From NCBI GenBank assembly GCA_046760145.1, contig JBHIDO010000001.1, positions 947 to 64,946 of the forward strand: a DNA stretch of 64,000 nucleotides, in the 5' to 3' direction. A program made the translations under genes and the position numbers. Of this stretch, positions 19,132 through 28,546 are shown one piece after another. Position 1 is the first letter of the stretch; every line of letters begins with the position of its first letter. The DNA comes from Candidatus Aenigmatarchaeota archaeon (lineage in GTDB: Archaea; Aenigmatarchaeota; Aenigmatarchaeia; Aenigmatarchaeales; Aenigmatarchaeaceae). The notes beneath the pieces are model-generated. The model saw only the letters and a list, made by a program, of their open reading frames with translations. It ran no database searches and was not told the origin of the DNA.

Positions 19132-20528
19132 ATTATCACTTTTCTTAATCTGATATGTGGTCCACCAAACCAAACAGGAACTCCTTGCATAGGCTCGCCC
19201 TTTCCACAAGTTCCAGTAGAAAATTCCAGTTTTTTTCCAATAGCATCAATTGCTTGATAAAGAGTTGGAGTATTTATTTCCAAAACAGGTCTTCTTATTA
19301 GACCATCTATTTTTCCATTAGTTATTTTATAAGATTCTAAACCAACATATCTTTGATTAAGCCTTTTATCATCAATATTCCATTCCATATAAGATTTAAT
19401 GTAAATTCCTCTTCTTACATCAATTAAATCATCAAAACTAAATTTTCCTGGTTTAAAATATGTATTTGACATTCTAACTATTGGTTCGTTTGACCAATTG
19501 TTCGCTCTAGCAGAACCATTACTGTTTGTTGAAAATTCAAAAGCAGTTTCTCTATTATGTAAGAATGTATTGATTACTCCATTTTTTATTAAAAATTTTT
19601 CTCTTGCTTCAACACCTTCATCATCATATAAATAAAAACCATAACTATTTGGGATGGTTGGATTATCAACCAAATTAACAACATCTGTTCCGATTTTATA
19701 TCCTAACATATTTCTTTTTACAAACGATTCTCCTGCTTGAGCTGCTTCTCTTCCTAATATTCTATCTGCTTCATATGGGTGTCCACAACTTTCATGTGCA
19801 ATTATACCTGCTAATTCTGGAGAAAGAATTACATCAAATTTACCTTTTGGAGTTTTTGGGGATTTTGAAATTTTAGATAAAATGTTTGCTTCCTTAACTA
19901 AGGTTTCTACTAATTTCCATTTTTTAAATAATTCCCAACCACCACTCCCACCATATTCGAACAGCCTTTGTTCTGTTGATCTGTTTGATAGAAATGTTAA
20001 CATATATTCAAAGTAAATTCTCGGAATCTTAGAATGTATCTTTGATCCTTCAGAATTTATAAAATATTTTTCTCTAAATTCATCTACTAATTCAAAATAT
20101 CTAACTGGTAGATTTAAGTTTGTTTTTAAAACTTCTTTTTCTATGTTTAATAATTCTTTTACCTTTTCCTCCAAACTAATATTCTTTATCTTAATTTTTT
20201 CTTTTACTTGATATTTTTTTCTATTTGTTTTTTCTCTAGATAATAAGATTGGTTTTTTAATAAATTTCCTCGAATATTTTGTCATTTTTATTGCAGAAGA
20301 AATTGCCTTTTTTATTTTTTCAAAATCTGGCTCGCTTATAAACGCTAAACCCATCGAACCTTTTTTAAATACTCTAATACATAATCCACTACTTTTAATA
20401 AAATTAGTTAAATCTACATTACCATTTTTTAAGATTATTTTATTAGATTCAAAGTTCTCTGATCTTACTTCAGCATAATCAGACAAACTGTTTGCATATT
20501 TTAATGCTTTTTCAGCTAAATCTAACAT
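19128..20528 (-). CDS. tldD: TldD-family metallopeptidase
   Basis: HESCGHPYEADRIL (HExxxH...E) motif. 466 aa. Confidence 0.8.
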   Translation of the reverse strand: MLDLAEKALKYANSLSDYAEVRSENFESNKIILKNGNVDLTNFIKSSGLCIRVFKKGSMGLAFISEPDFEKIKKAISSAIKMTKYSRKFIKKPILLSREKTNRKKYQVKEKIKIKNISLEEKVKELLNIEKEVLKTNLNLPVRYFELVDEFREKYFINSEGSKIHSKIPRIYFEYMLTFLSNRSTEQRLFEYGGSGGWELFKKWKLVETLVKEANILSKISKSPKTPKGKFDVILSPELAGIIAHESCGHPYEADRILGREAAQAGESFVKRNMLGYKIGTDVVNLVDNPTIPNSYGFYLYDDEGVEAREKFLIKNGVINTFLHNRETAFEFSTNSNGSARANNWSNEPIVRMSNTYFKPGKFSFDDLIDVRRGIYIKSYMEWNIDDKRLNQRYVGLESYKITNGKIDGLIRRPVLEINTPTLYQAIDAIGKKLEFSTGTCGKGEPMQGVPVWFGGPHIRLRKVII

Positions 20529-20561
20529 ATTTTCTAAATTTGTATTCTTAATTTATTAAAC

Positions 20562-21710
20562 TTACTTTAAATCATCCATTGTCAATACTTTGATTCTTTG
20601 TGGTGATCTAACTTTAACACTCCTCATTCCAACCATATATTTAATTCCATTATGAGAACCAAAGTTAACCATTCTTTGGTCTATATCACCATCTATTACA
20701 ACTGCTTTTGCATCCAATCTTTTCATTGTATTAAATATTTCTTTTATAGGAACCTTACCAAGAATTTCCATTTTTTCATTTAGAAAACAAGCAGCTCTTG
20801 TTCCAATCAAATCTTCCAAGATTGTTTTGAAAATTTTTTTCTTTTCCTCATCTATGTAAATTTTTCTCTTTCTTAATTTTTTAACATCTTTAATTTGATT
20901 AACTGGTACCTTTTCTCTTAAACATTTAAAAATTTCTTTTTTTGTTAATTCTTCTACTTCTTCACCACCTAAAGCTCTTGCAACAAAATCTATTTCACAA
21001 GTTGCCAATAATTCTTTTAATATCAAGTCTCCTCCCCTATCACCATCAAGAAATGCTGTTATTGACTTTTCCTTTGATAAGTCTATAATGGTTTGTGGTA
21101 CAGAGGTTCCTTCTATCGCAATTACGTTTTTAATACCATGCTTTAAAAGGTTAATAACATCTGCTCTTCCTTCTACTACTATAATTGAGTCATATGCATC
21201 TAAATTAGGACCTGCTGGTAATCCATTATAATTTTCAATTTCAGAACCCCTTACTGCTTCTTTAATTTGTTCAGATATTTCTTGGGTGTCTGGTACACCC
21301 TCATCAAACATCCTTTCTAATAATTCTTTTGCCCTATCAACAACATATTTTCTTTTCTCAATTCTAACATCATCTATTTTTTCTGTATAAATCTTAGCAT
21401 TAGAAGGTCCGATTCTTTCAATGGTTTCAATACAAGCCGCAATTAAGGATGTTTGAGAAGCATCAAGACTAGAAGGTATGATAATTTCTCCTGATGTTTT
21501 TCCATTTTCATTTTTTATTTCTACATCTATTCTTCCTACTCTTCCTGTTCTCTGCAATTCCCTTAAATCCATATCAGGACCTAATAAACCTTCTGTTTGT
21601 CCAAACACTGCTCCTATTACATCTGGTTTTTCTACAGTTCCTTCTGCTTCAAATCTAGCGTATATTATGTATTTTGAAGTGGTTTGCGCCAATTTACTCA
21701 TTAATATCAC
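20562..21710 (-). CDS. dnaG: Archaeal DnaG-type primase (Toprim)
   Basis: N-terminal KYIIYARFEAEGTVEKPDVIGAVFGQTEGLLG is the archaeal DnaG signature. Toprim IVVEGRADVINLL...DGDRGGD. Confidence 0.85.
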   Translation of the reverse strand: MILMSKLAQTTSKYIIYARFEAEGTVEKPDVIGAVFGQTEGLLGPDMDLRELQRTGRVGRIDVEIKNENGKTSGEIIIPSSLDASQTSLIAACIETIERIGPSNAKIYTEKIDDVRIEKRKYVVDRAKELLERMFDEGVPDTQEISEQIKEAVRGSEIENYNGLPAGPNLDAYDSIIVVEGRADVINLLKHGIKNVIAIEGTSVPQTIIDLSKEKSITAFLDGDRGGDLILKELLATCEIDFVARALGGEEVEELTKKEIFKCLREKVPVNQIKDVKKLRKRKIYIDEEKKKIFKTILEDLIGTRAACFLNEKMEILGKVPIKEIFNTMKRLDAKAVVIDGDIDQRMVNFGSHNGIKYMVGMRSVKVRSPQRIKVLTMDDLK

Positions 21711-22066
21711 CTCAAGGATTTTAATTCTTCAATTGTTCGGATTCTTAATTTTGCAAATATTGTTTTTAATTTTTTTCTCGATACAATATCTACTTTACAT
21801 CCTTGAGATTGAAGAAAGAGGGTTAGTTTTTTGTTAATCTCTTTACCTTCTCTATCAAAGTCAGTAAATATCATGATTTTTTTGAATTTTTTTAATTTTA
21901 AACTTGTTTCGTATAAGCCTTTTTCAATTGTAAATATTTTGGTGAATTTAAAGGATCGTAATACTTTTTTATCACGTTTACCCTCAACAATTACTGGTCT
22001 ATCTTTTATGTTTTTAAATAATTCCAGTAACTTTTCTTCAATCTCCTTTTTAATCATAGAATACAA
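21707..22066 (-). CDS. Small stand-alone Toprim-domain protein
   Basis: VIVEGKRDKKVL (E of Toprim) and IFTDFDREGKEI (DxD). 119 aa. ATGA overlap with dnaG. Confidence 0.55.
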   Translation of the reverse strand: MYSMIKKEIEEKLLELFKNIKDRPVIVEGKRDKKVLRSFKFTKIFTIEKGLYETSLKLKKFKKIMIFTDFDREGKEINKKLTLFLQSQGCKVDIVSRKKLKTIFAKLRIRTIEELKSLR

Positions 22067-22097
22067 AGGTATTTAAAGATTTTTAAAGTTGATTTAT

Positions 22098-22646
22098 TTA
22101 CAATTCTGATGATTCTTCTTTACAAGTATCACAAACCCATCTATCATTCACATTATGAAGCATTTCAGAGAAATTTCCACACAATTCACACTCACCCGAA
22201 TTAAACTCTTCAATAGTAGAGGGTTCACCTTCTATGAATAATCTTTCTCTTAAAATTTCAATTGCAGCTGGTGCAACTTTTGCAATCTCTCTATCAGAAA
22301 TAATTCCTACTAATCTTCCTAGAGAAACAACTGGTATTCTTTCATAACCATACTTTGTCATTGTTCTTGCTACATCTGCCAAATCATTATCAGAAGAACA
22401 AGTAATTAAAGGTGTGTTCATTATCTCCTTTAATTTTATTTCAGATGGTTTCATATCTTTAGCAACAACTTTGTTAACAACATCTTCCCTGGTAACAATA
22501 CCAATTGGTTTGTTTCCTTCACAAATTATTACAGATCCCACATCTTCTTTTTTCATTAATCTAGATCCTTCGAGAACTGTTTGAGAAGGTCTTGCGGTTA
22601 CAACTCTTGCTACCATTGCATCTTTAACTTGAATTCCTGTTGGCAT
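22098..22646 (-). CDS. CBS-pair domain protein with C-terminal Zn ribbon
   Basis: Two CBS repeats (VKDAMVARVVTARPSQT..., IKLKEIMNTPLITCSSD...) and C-terminal CELCGN...CDTCK. Confidence 0.6.
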   Translation of the reverse strand: MPTGIQVKDAMVARVVTARPSQTVLEGSRLMKKEDVGSVIICEGNKPIGIVTREDVVNKVVAKDMKPSEIKLKEIMNTPLITCSSDNDLADVARTMTKYGYERIPVVSLGRLVGIISDREIAKVAPAAIEILRERLFIEGEPSTIEEFNSGECELCGNFSEMLHNVNDRWVCDTCKEESSEL

Positions 22647-22708
22647 AATATCAGTTATCTTCTTAATAAATATAAACTTATCTATAAAGAAAAAATATCT
22701 TTATAAAT

Positions 22709-23449
22709 TTGATTCGACAATCTATATATATGGATACGAAAACTTTAGCAAGAGAAAGACTTTCTAGAAAAATAGCAGGAGAAATTGTTTTAAGTCATGA
22801 TGCTGGAAAAACTATCCAAAAATGGAGAAATATTTTTAAAATTCCTCAAAGAAAATTAGCAGATGAAATAGGAATAATGCCTTCTGTTATTTCTGATTAT
22901 GAAAACGGTAGAAGGAAGTCTCCTGGTATCAAAGTAATAAAAAGACTAGTAAATGCAATGATAAGTTTAGATGAAAAATCTGGTGGTAAAATAATTCAAG
23001 ATTTTTCAGCCTTTCCTACAAAAACTGTTCTCTCTGATGGTATTTTAGATATGAAGGAATTTAAAACACCTATTAGTATTAAAGATTTTTGTAAAATTAT
23101 AGAAAGTCCTGTTATAGTTAGAAGTGATTTAATAAATAATAAGCTTTATGGTTATACAATAATTGATAGTATGAAGGCTATTATTGAATTATCACCAATG
23201 GATATGGTTAAATTATATGGATTAACAAGTGAAAGAGCCTTGATATTTACTGGTGCTCATAGAGGAAAAAGTTCAATGGTTGCTTTGAAAGTAACTAATT
23301 TAAGGCCTGGTTTAGTAGTTTTACATGGTTCTGAAGGTATTGATGATTTAGCAAGAAGAATAGCTGAATTAGAAAGCATACCTGTAGGAATAACTAAAAT
23401 AAAAAATGTTGATCAACTTATAAAAACATTAAAAAGAAAAACAAATTAG
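22709..23449 (+). CDS. XRE-type HTH domain protein with uncharacterised C-terminal domain
   Basis: IPQRKLADEIGIMPSVISDYENGRRKSPG is a helix-turn-helix of XRE type. Divergent from CBS gene. Confidence 0.5.
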   Translation: MIRQSIYMDTKTLARERLSRKIAGEIVLSHDAGKTIQKWRNIFKIPQRKLADEIGIMPSVISDYENGRRKSPGIKVIKRLVNAMISLDEKSGGKIIQDFSAFPTKTVLSDGILDMKEFKTPISIKDFCKIIESPVIVRSDLINNKLYGYTIIDSMKAIIELSPMDMVKLYGLTSERALIFTGAHRGKSSMVALKVTNLRPGLVVLHGSEGIDDLARRIAELESIPVGITKIKNVDQLIKTLKRKTN

Positions 23450-23459
23450 TTCCTCCCCT

Positions 23460-23778
23460 TCATTTCTTATCGAAGTTGAATTCGAAAAATAAAATATTTT
23501 TATTAATAAATTAATAACATTGTTATAAGAAATAAAGGTAAATAAGTTACTTATATTTCTTATGAAACCTTTAAAGGAAATAAAAGGGTGTGTTTTTTAT
23601 AAAAATAACAGTGTTATAAAAATAAATTTCTTTACATGTGAATATTTTACGAATAAAATTTAATTTTCCATGTGAAATAAAGGGGTTAACGTGAAGATAA
23701 TTATAAATATATTCATTCTTATTAAAAATCTTACTTCAAAAGAAATAAAGGTTTCCATAAGAAACTGAGGTATTAATA
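23460..23778. promoter_or_regulatory. Candidate oriC / origin-recognition-box region upstream of orc1/cdc6
   Basis: About 320 bp non-coding, very AT-rich. Contains CCATGTGAAATAAAGGGGTTAACGTGAAGATAA (23668-23700), which aligns to the archaeal ORB (ttCCAGTGGAAACgAAAGGGGT). Four GAAATAAAGG repeats (about 23531, 23578, 23674, 23743). Mini-ORB-like TACATGTGAATATTTTAC. Confidence 0.5.
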
Positions 23779-24969
23779 ATGAAAAAAATAGAAAAAATTT
23801 TTAATAAATTTCTTGATTCAAAACCCATATTTATAAATCGAGAAGCTCTTTCAATTTCATTTACACCAGAAGATATACCACATAGAGAAGCTCAAATAAA
23901 TGAGTTAGGAAGAATTCTGGCTCCGGCCTTAAAAAACGGAAAGCCTAGCAATGTATTCATATATGGAAGATGCGGAACAGGAAAAACTTTAATTTCTAAA
24001 TTGGTAGGATCAGAACTAGAAAAAATTAGTCAGTCTAATGGTCAAACCATTAAAGTTATTTATGTTAATTGTAAAATGAAAAAATCAGCTGATACAGAAT
24101 ATAGATTATTGGCTGGTTTAGCTAAGAAATTTGGAAAACAAGTTCCATTTACAGGATTGCCAACAGATCAAATTTATAATGCTTTTTTTGAAAGTTTGGA
24201 CAAAAGAAAACAAACTCTTATTTTAATTATAGATGAGATTGATGCTTTAGTTCAAAAAACAGGAGACGAAATTCTTTATAATCTAACAAGGATAAACCAA
24301 GATCTTAAAAACTCTAAATTATCTATTATAGGGATAACAAATAATCTGAGTTTTATTGAATCTTTAGATCCAAGGGTAAGAAGTTCCTTAGGTGAAGAAG
24401 AACTAATATTTCCACCTTATAATGCTTTACAATTACAAGATATTTTAAGGCAAAGATCTTCTATTGCTTTTGTATCTGGAGTTTTAGAAGAAGGAGTAAT
24501 TGAAAAATGTGCTGCTTTGGCTGCTCAGGAGCATGGAGATGCTAGAAGAGCTTTAGAATTGTTAAGGGTTGCTGGAGAACTAGCTGAGAGGAATGCAGAT
24601 GAAAAAATAACAACAGAGCATGTTGACCTAGCTCAGAAAAAAATTGATATAGATAGTGTTTTAGAAACAGTAAAAACCCAACCAAAACAAAGCCAGGCTG
24701 TTTTATATGCAATAATACAACTAGATAAAAAGAATATAGAAACAAGTGATGTAATTAATAAATATCAAGAAATTTGTAAGCAACATGGTTTAAGGGTATT
24801 AACACAAAGAAGAGTTTCAGATTTAATATCAGAACTATATTTATTTGGTATAATTGATTCAAAGATAATATCTAAGGGGAGATATGGGAGGACAAGAGTT
24901 ATAAATTTAAATTTAACTAATAATGTTAAGAAAAAACTAAAAAATCTTCTTAACCAAATATTCTTATGA
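23779..24969 (+). CDS. orc1: Orc1/Cdc6 replication initiator
   Basis: FTPEDIPHREAQINEL (Cdc6 N-terminal motif), Walker A GRCGTGKT, Walker B IIDEID, C-terminal winged helix. 396 aa. GAGGT RBS upstream. Confidence 0.9.
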   Translation: MKKIEKIFNKFLDSKPIFINREALSISFTPEDIPHREAQINELGRILAPALKNGKPSNVFIYGRCGTGKTLISKLVGSELEKISQSNGQTIKVIYVNCKMKKSADTEYRLLAGLAKKFGKQVPFTGLPTDQIYNAFFESLDKRKQTLILIIDEIDALVQKTGDEILYNLTRINQDLKNSKLSIIGITNNLSFIESLDPRVRSSLGEEELIFPPYNALQLQDILRQRSSIAFVSGVLEEGVIEKCAALAAQEHGDARRALELLRVAGELAERNADEKITTEHVDLAQKKIDIDSVLETVKTQPKQSQAVLYAIIQLDKKNIETSDVINKYQEICKQHGLRVLTQRRVSDLISELYLFGIIDSKIISKGRYGRTRVINLNLTNNVKKKLKNLLNQIFL

Positions 24970-25868
24970 ATTATTTAACCGAATTAATAAAACTAGGATT
25001 TTTAGTTGAACCTAATGCAGCAGAATTATTAAAAAATTTAAATCAAGGTGAATTTGAAAAACTATTAGAAAATTTGAAAAAGGAAGAGTCATTAGTTTTA
25101 TCAGAAAAATTTATAAAAAAAATATTTAAAAAAGAAATAAAAATTATAAAAACCTTTATTCCAATCAAAAAACTTTCTATTCAAGATTTTGTTAATATGT
25201 TAAATAACAGATATAATTTCTTACAAAACATTTTAGTTAATAAATTAGCAATGGAAAATATAATTTCTATTAACAAAGTTAGTTCTGGGAATACTACAAT
25301 AATAGGAATGGTAAAAATAAGACAAGAAAAAAATAACAATCTTATTGTATGGTTAGAAGATCAGACAGGTGAAATTGAAACAATTATACCCAAGATGTTG
25401 GGAGAAAAAATAAATTTAGATGATGTTATTGCAATTACAGGTAATATTTCAAACAAAAAATTATACGGAGAAAAGATAATATTTCCTGATATCCCAATAA
25501 GAAGAGTAAATTATTCTGATGATTCAATTAAAATTGCTTTTATTTTGAATGGAAAAGATTATGATGCTGATTATTTAATTTATGAAAATAAAATCAAAGA
25601 CAAATTAAATAATAAAATTCTTGAAATTACAAACCCATCAATTGTAAGCATAGGGGGAATAATAATTTTGATTGCTCATAAATTTGAACCATTTGAAATT
25701 TTAAAAAAGAGATATATTCATAAAGATAAAACTGATTTTTTAATTGATAATGTTCCAGATATTTTATTTACCGATAGAAAAATTAATACAAACTATAAAG
25801 GAGTAACTATTGTTTCAGGAAACAATTTAATAAATTTAAAGACTAGAGAAGTAATTTCTTTAGAATAG
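24966..25868 (+). CDS. PolD small-subunit (DP1)-like protein: N-terminal DP1-type helical domain + OB fold, lacking the calcineurin-like phosphodiesterase domain
   Basis: N-terminus LTELIKLGFLVEPNAAELL matches the DP1 N-terminal pattern (G[YF]L[IV].P.A..LL). OB-fold-like TTIIGMVKIRQEKNNNLIVWLEDQTGEIETIIP...DVIAITGNI. No GDxHG/GNH[DE] phosphoesterase motifs. 300 aa. Conserved cdc6-DP1 position. Confidence 0.4.
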   Translation: MNYLTELIKLGFLVEPNAAELLKNLNQGEFEKLLENLKKEESLVLSEKFIKKIFKKEIKIIKTFIPIKKLSIQDFVNMLNNRYNFLQNILVNKLAMENIISINKVSSGNTTIIGMVKIRQEKNNNLIVWLEDQTGEIETIIPKMLGEKINLDDVIAITGNISNKKLYGEKIIFPDIPIRRVNYSDDSIKIAFILNGKDYDADYLIYENKIKDKLNNKILEITNPSIVSIGGIIILIAHKFEPFEILKKRYIHKDKTDFLIDNVPDILFTDRKINTNYKGVTIVSGNNLINLKTREVISLE

Positions 25869-25905
25869 AAAACAGTTTAAATATTTAATATCTATAAAAT
25901 TACTC

Positions 25906-28542
25906 ATGGAAATACAGATTCTTGATTGTGATTATGTAATGCTACAAGGAAAGCCATTGATAAGAATATTTGGAAAAACAATGAATGGTGAATCAATTTG
26001 TGTTTTTTATGATAAGTTCTTACCATATTTTTACCTTTATGGAGATGAAGAGGAATATCCTAGAATTGCTAAGGAAATAAATAAAAGATATGATGTTAAA
26101 ATTGAGGTTGTTAAAAGAATTCTTCCAATTGGATATCAAAAACCAGTAAATATATTAAAAATAATTGGCAAAGATCCAGGTAAAACTCCAGAAATTAGAG
26201 AATTTGTAAGAAAATTTGGAACCCCTTATGAAGCAGATATTCTTTTTAAATATAGATTCATGGCAGATTTTGATTTGAAAGGAATGGGATGGATTAATGT
26301 TAAAGGAAAATTTAGAAAAACAAATACAGTTAAATGCAGGGCTTTGGCTGCAGATAATATAAAACCAATAGAGATTTTGAAAAATGCTCCATTAAAATAT
26401 TTAGCAATAGATTTAGAATGTTTAGGAGGAGAAGACAGATTAGTAACACCTGAGAAGGATTCAATTATTATAGTAAGTTTGGCATTTTATCCTACATACA
26501 AGGGAAAAAACCAAATGGTTTTGCTAGCAAAACCAATACAAACAGGAAAAGATGTTATTGGTCATAGTGATGAAGCGGATATGTTAAAAAACCTTTTGGA
26601 AATAATAAAAGATTTTGATCCTGATATTATAACTGGTTATAACATAAATAATTTTGATTTACCATTTCTAATAAAAAGATTAGAAATATTAAAATTACCA
26701 AGAGATTTAGGAAGGTCAGAAAAAAATGCTTTTTGTAGAAAGTTAATTTATTCACACATTCCTACTGTTTCTGGAAGAGTTATTGTTGATTCTTTTGAAA
26801 TTTTAAAAAGAGATCCTTGGGTGAAATTTAAAAGATATGATTTAGGCACGGTAGCAAGAGAATTATTAGATATAGAAAAGTTGGAAATGGGTGGACCACG
26901 CGAAATAAGAGAACTTTGGAATGGAAAAGATATGAAAAAACTTGTCGATTATGCAAGAAGAGATGCTGAACTTGCTTTGAAATTAATTATTGAAAAAAGA
27001 ATTTTAGACAAATTTTTCGAGTTATCTAAAATATCAGGTCTATTATTGCAAGAAAGTTTAGGAGGCCAGTCACAAAGACATGAATTCAAATTACTAAGAG
27101 AGTTTGGAAAAAGAAAATTTATTATGCCTTGTAAACCAGGACAAAACACATTAGAAAAAAGAATAAAAGAAAGAACAAATTTAGGATTGAAAGGTGCTTT
27201 AGTTTTAGAACCAGAAGTTGGTTTGTATAATAATATTATTGTTTTAGATTTTACAAGCCTATATCCTTCTTTAATAAGAGCATTTAACATATGCCCAACC
27301 ACATTTCTTGTAAATGGTGAAGAAATTGATCATATAGAATCACCTTATGGAACAAAGTTTGTTAAACCAAGTATTAGAAAAGGCATATTACCAAAAATTC
27401 TTGATGAATTAATAAACACAAGGGCTGATGTAAGAAAACAGGTTAAATTAACCGAAGATAAAGAGGAGAAAAGAACTTTAAATGCAAAACAACTTGCTTT
27501 GAAGGATATGGCAAATTCTCTTTATGGATATACTGGTTACATAAGATCAAGACTTTATGTTATTCAAATTGCAAATACAATTACTGCTTTTGGTAGAGAT
27601 ACAATAAGAAAAACTAAAAAACTAATCGAGGAAAACTTTCCTGTAAAGGTTTTGTATGCTGATACAGATTCTGTTTTTATAAAATCTGATGCAAAAACTT
27701 TAGAAGAAGCTGAAAAATTAGGAAAAGAAATTTCACAATTTATAACAAATAAATTAAAAGGTTTGGATCTAAAATTTGAAAAAATATTCAAAACATTTTT
27801 GATTTTATCAAAGAAAAGATATGCGGGTTGGGCATTTGAAAGAGAAAAAGATGGATGGAAAGATAGTTTGGATATGAAAGGAATTGAGACTATAAGAAGA
27901 GACTGGTGCGAATTAACATCTGAGACGATGTTAAAGGTTTTAAAAATTGTTTTGAAAGAACAAAACATTACAAAAGCATGTAAATATGTTAGAAGTGTTA
28001 TAGAAGATTTATCTAAAAATAAAGTCCCATTAGAAAAGTTAGCTGTTGTAAAAGGAATTACAAAATCTTTGGATTCTTATGATGGAATTCAGCCACATGT
28101 TGAATTGGCTAAAAAAATTCTAAAAAGAGACCCTACCAGAGGGTCAATGGTTGGTGAAAGATTAGGGTATGTGATAATAAAAGGAAATCAGTTATTGTCA
28201 AAAAGAGCAGAAGACCCAAATTATGTTAAGGAAAAAGGATTGAAAATTGATTCTCAATATTATATTCAAAATCAATTGTTACCTCCTTTAGAAAGAATAT
28301 TTGAGGTTTGTGGAGTAACATCTTCTGAATTATTAGAAGGTGTTAGACAATTAAGTTTAATGGACTCTTTCAAAGTAAAATCACCAGAAGAAACCATTTT
28401 AAAAGAATTTGATTCTGTTACATGTAAGGCTTGTCATTGGACTTTCAGAAGACCTCCGTTAAAGGGTTCTTGTCCACGTTGTGATTCTAAATTGTATTTT
28501 TCTGGAAATGGTTCAATTGGAAAAAGTGTTGAATTTAACTAA
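25906..28542 (+). CDS. polB: Family-B DNA polymerase (PolB) with 3'-5' exonuclease domain and C-terminal Zn finger
   Basis: Exo I LAIDLEC, Exo II YNINNFDLPFL, Exo III YARRDAELA. Pol motif A DFTSLYPSLI, motif B KQLALKDMANSLYGYTGY, motif C YADTDSVF. C-terminal CKACHW...CPRCDS. Confidence 0.95.
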   Translation: MEIQILDCDYVMLQGKPLIRIFGKTMNGESICVFYDKFLPYFYLYGDEEEYPRIAKEINKRYDVKIEVVKRILPIGYQKPVNILKIIGKDPGKTPEIREFVRKFGTPYEADILFKYRFMADFDLKGMGWINVKGKFRKTNTVKCRALAADNIKPIEILKNAPLKYLAIDLECLGGEDRLVTPEKDSIIIVSLAFYPTYKGKNQMVLLAKPIQTGKDVIGHSDEADMLKNLLEIIKDFDPDIITGYNINNFDLPFLIKRLEILKLPRDLGRSEKNAFCRKLIYSHIPTVSGRVIVDSFEILKRDPWVKFKRYDLGTVARELLDIEKLEMGGPREIRELWNGKDMKKLVDYARRDAELALKLIIEKRILDKFFELSKISGLLLQESLGGQSQRHEFKLLREFGKRKFIMPCKPGQNTLEKRIKERTNLGLKGALVLEPEVGLYNNIIVLDFTSLYPSLIRAFNICPTTFLVNGEEIDHIESPYGTKFVKPSIRKGILPKILDELINTRADVRKQVKLTEDKEEKRTLNAKQLALKDMANSLYGYTGYIRSRLYVIQIANTITAFGRDTIRKTKKLIEENFPVKVLYADTDSVFIKSDAKTLEEAEKLGKEISQFITNKLKGLDLKFEKIFKTFLILSKKRYAGWAFEREKDGWKDSLDMKGIETIRRDWCELTSETMLKVLKIVLKEQNITKACKYVRSVIEDLSKNKVPLEKLAVVKGITKSLDSYDGIQPHVELAKKILKRDPTRGSMVGERLGYVIIKGNQLLSKRAEDPNYVKEKGLKIDSQYYIQNQLLPPLERIFEVCGVTSSELLEGVRQLSLMDSFKVKSPEETILKEFDSVTCKACHWTFRRPPLKGSCPRCDSKLYFSGNGSIGKSVEFN

Positions 28543-28546
28543 GCAG

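Noticed and set aside
17824-19209. 82-nt overlap between TldE and TldD ORFs
   Set aside because: Resolved by using the internal start MIIKKALKIG (19131), giving a standard ATGA overlap. The upstream extension (MWKGRAYARSSCLVWW) is likely non-coding read-through of the ORF finder.
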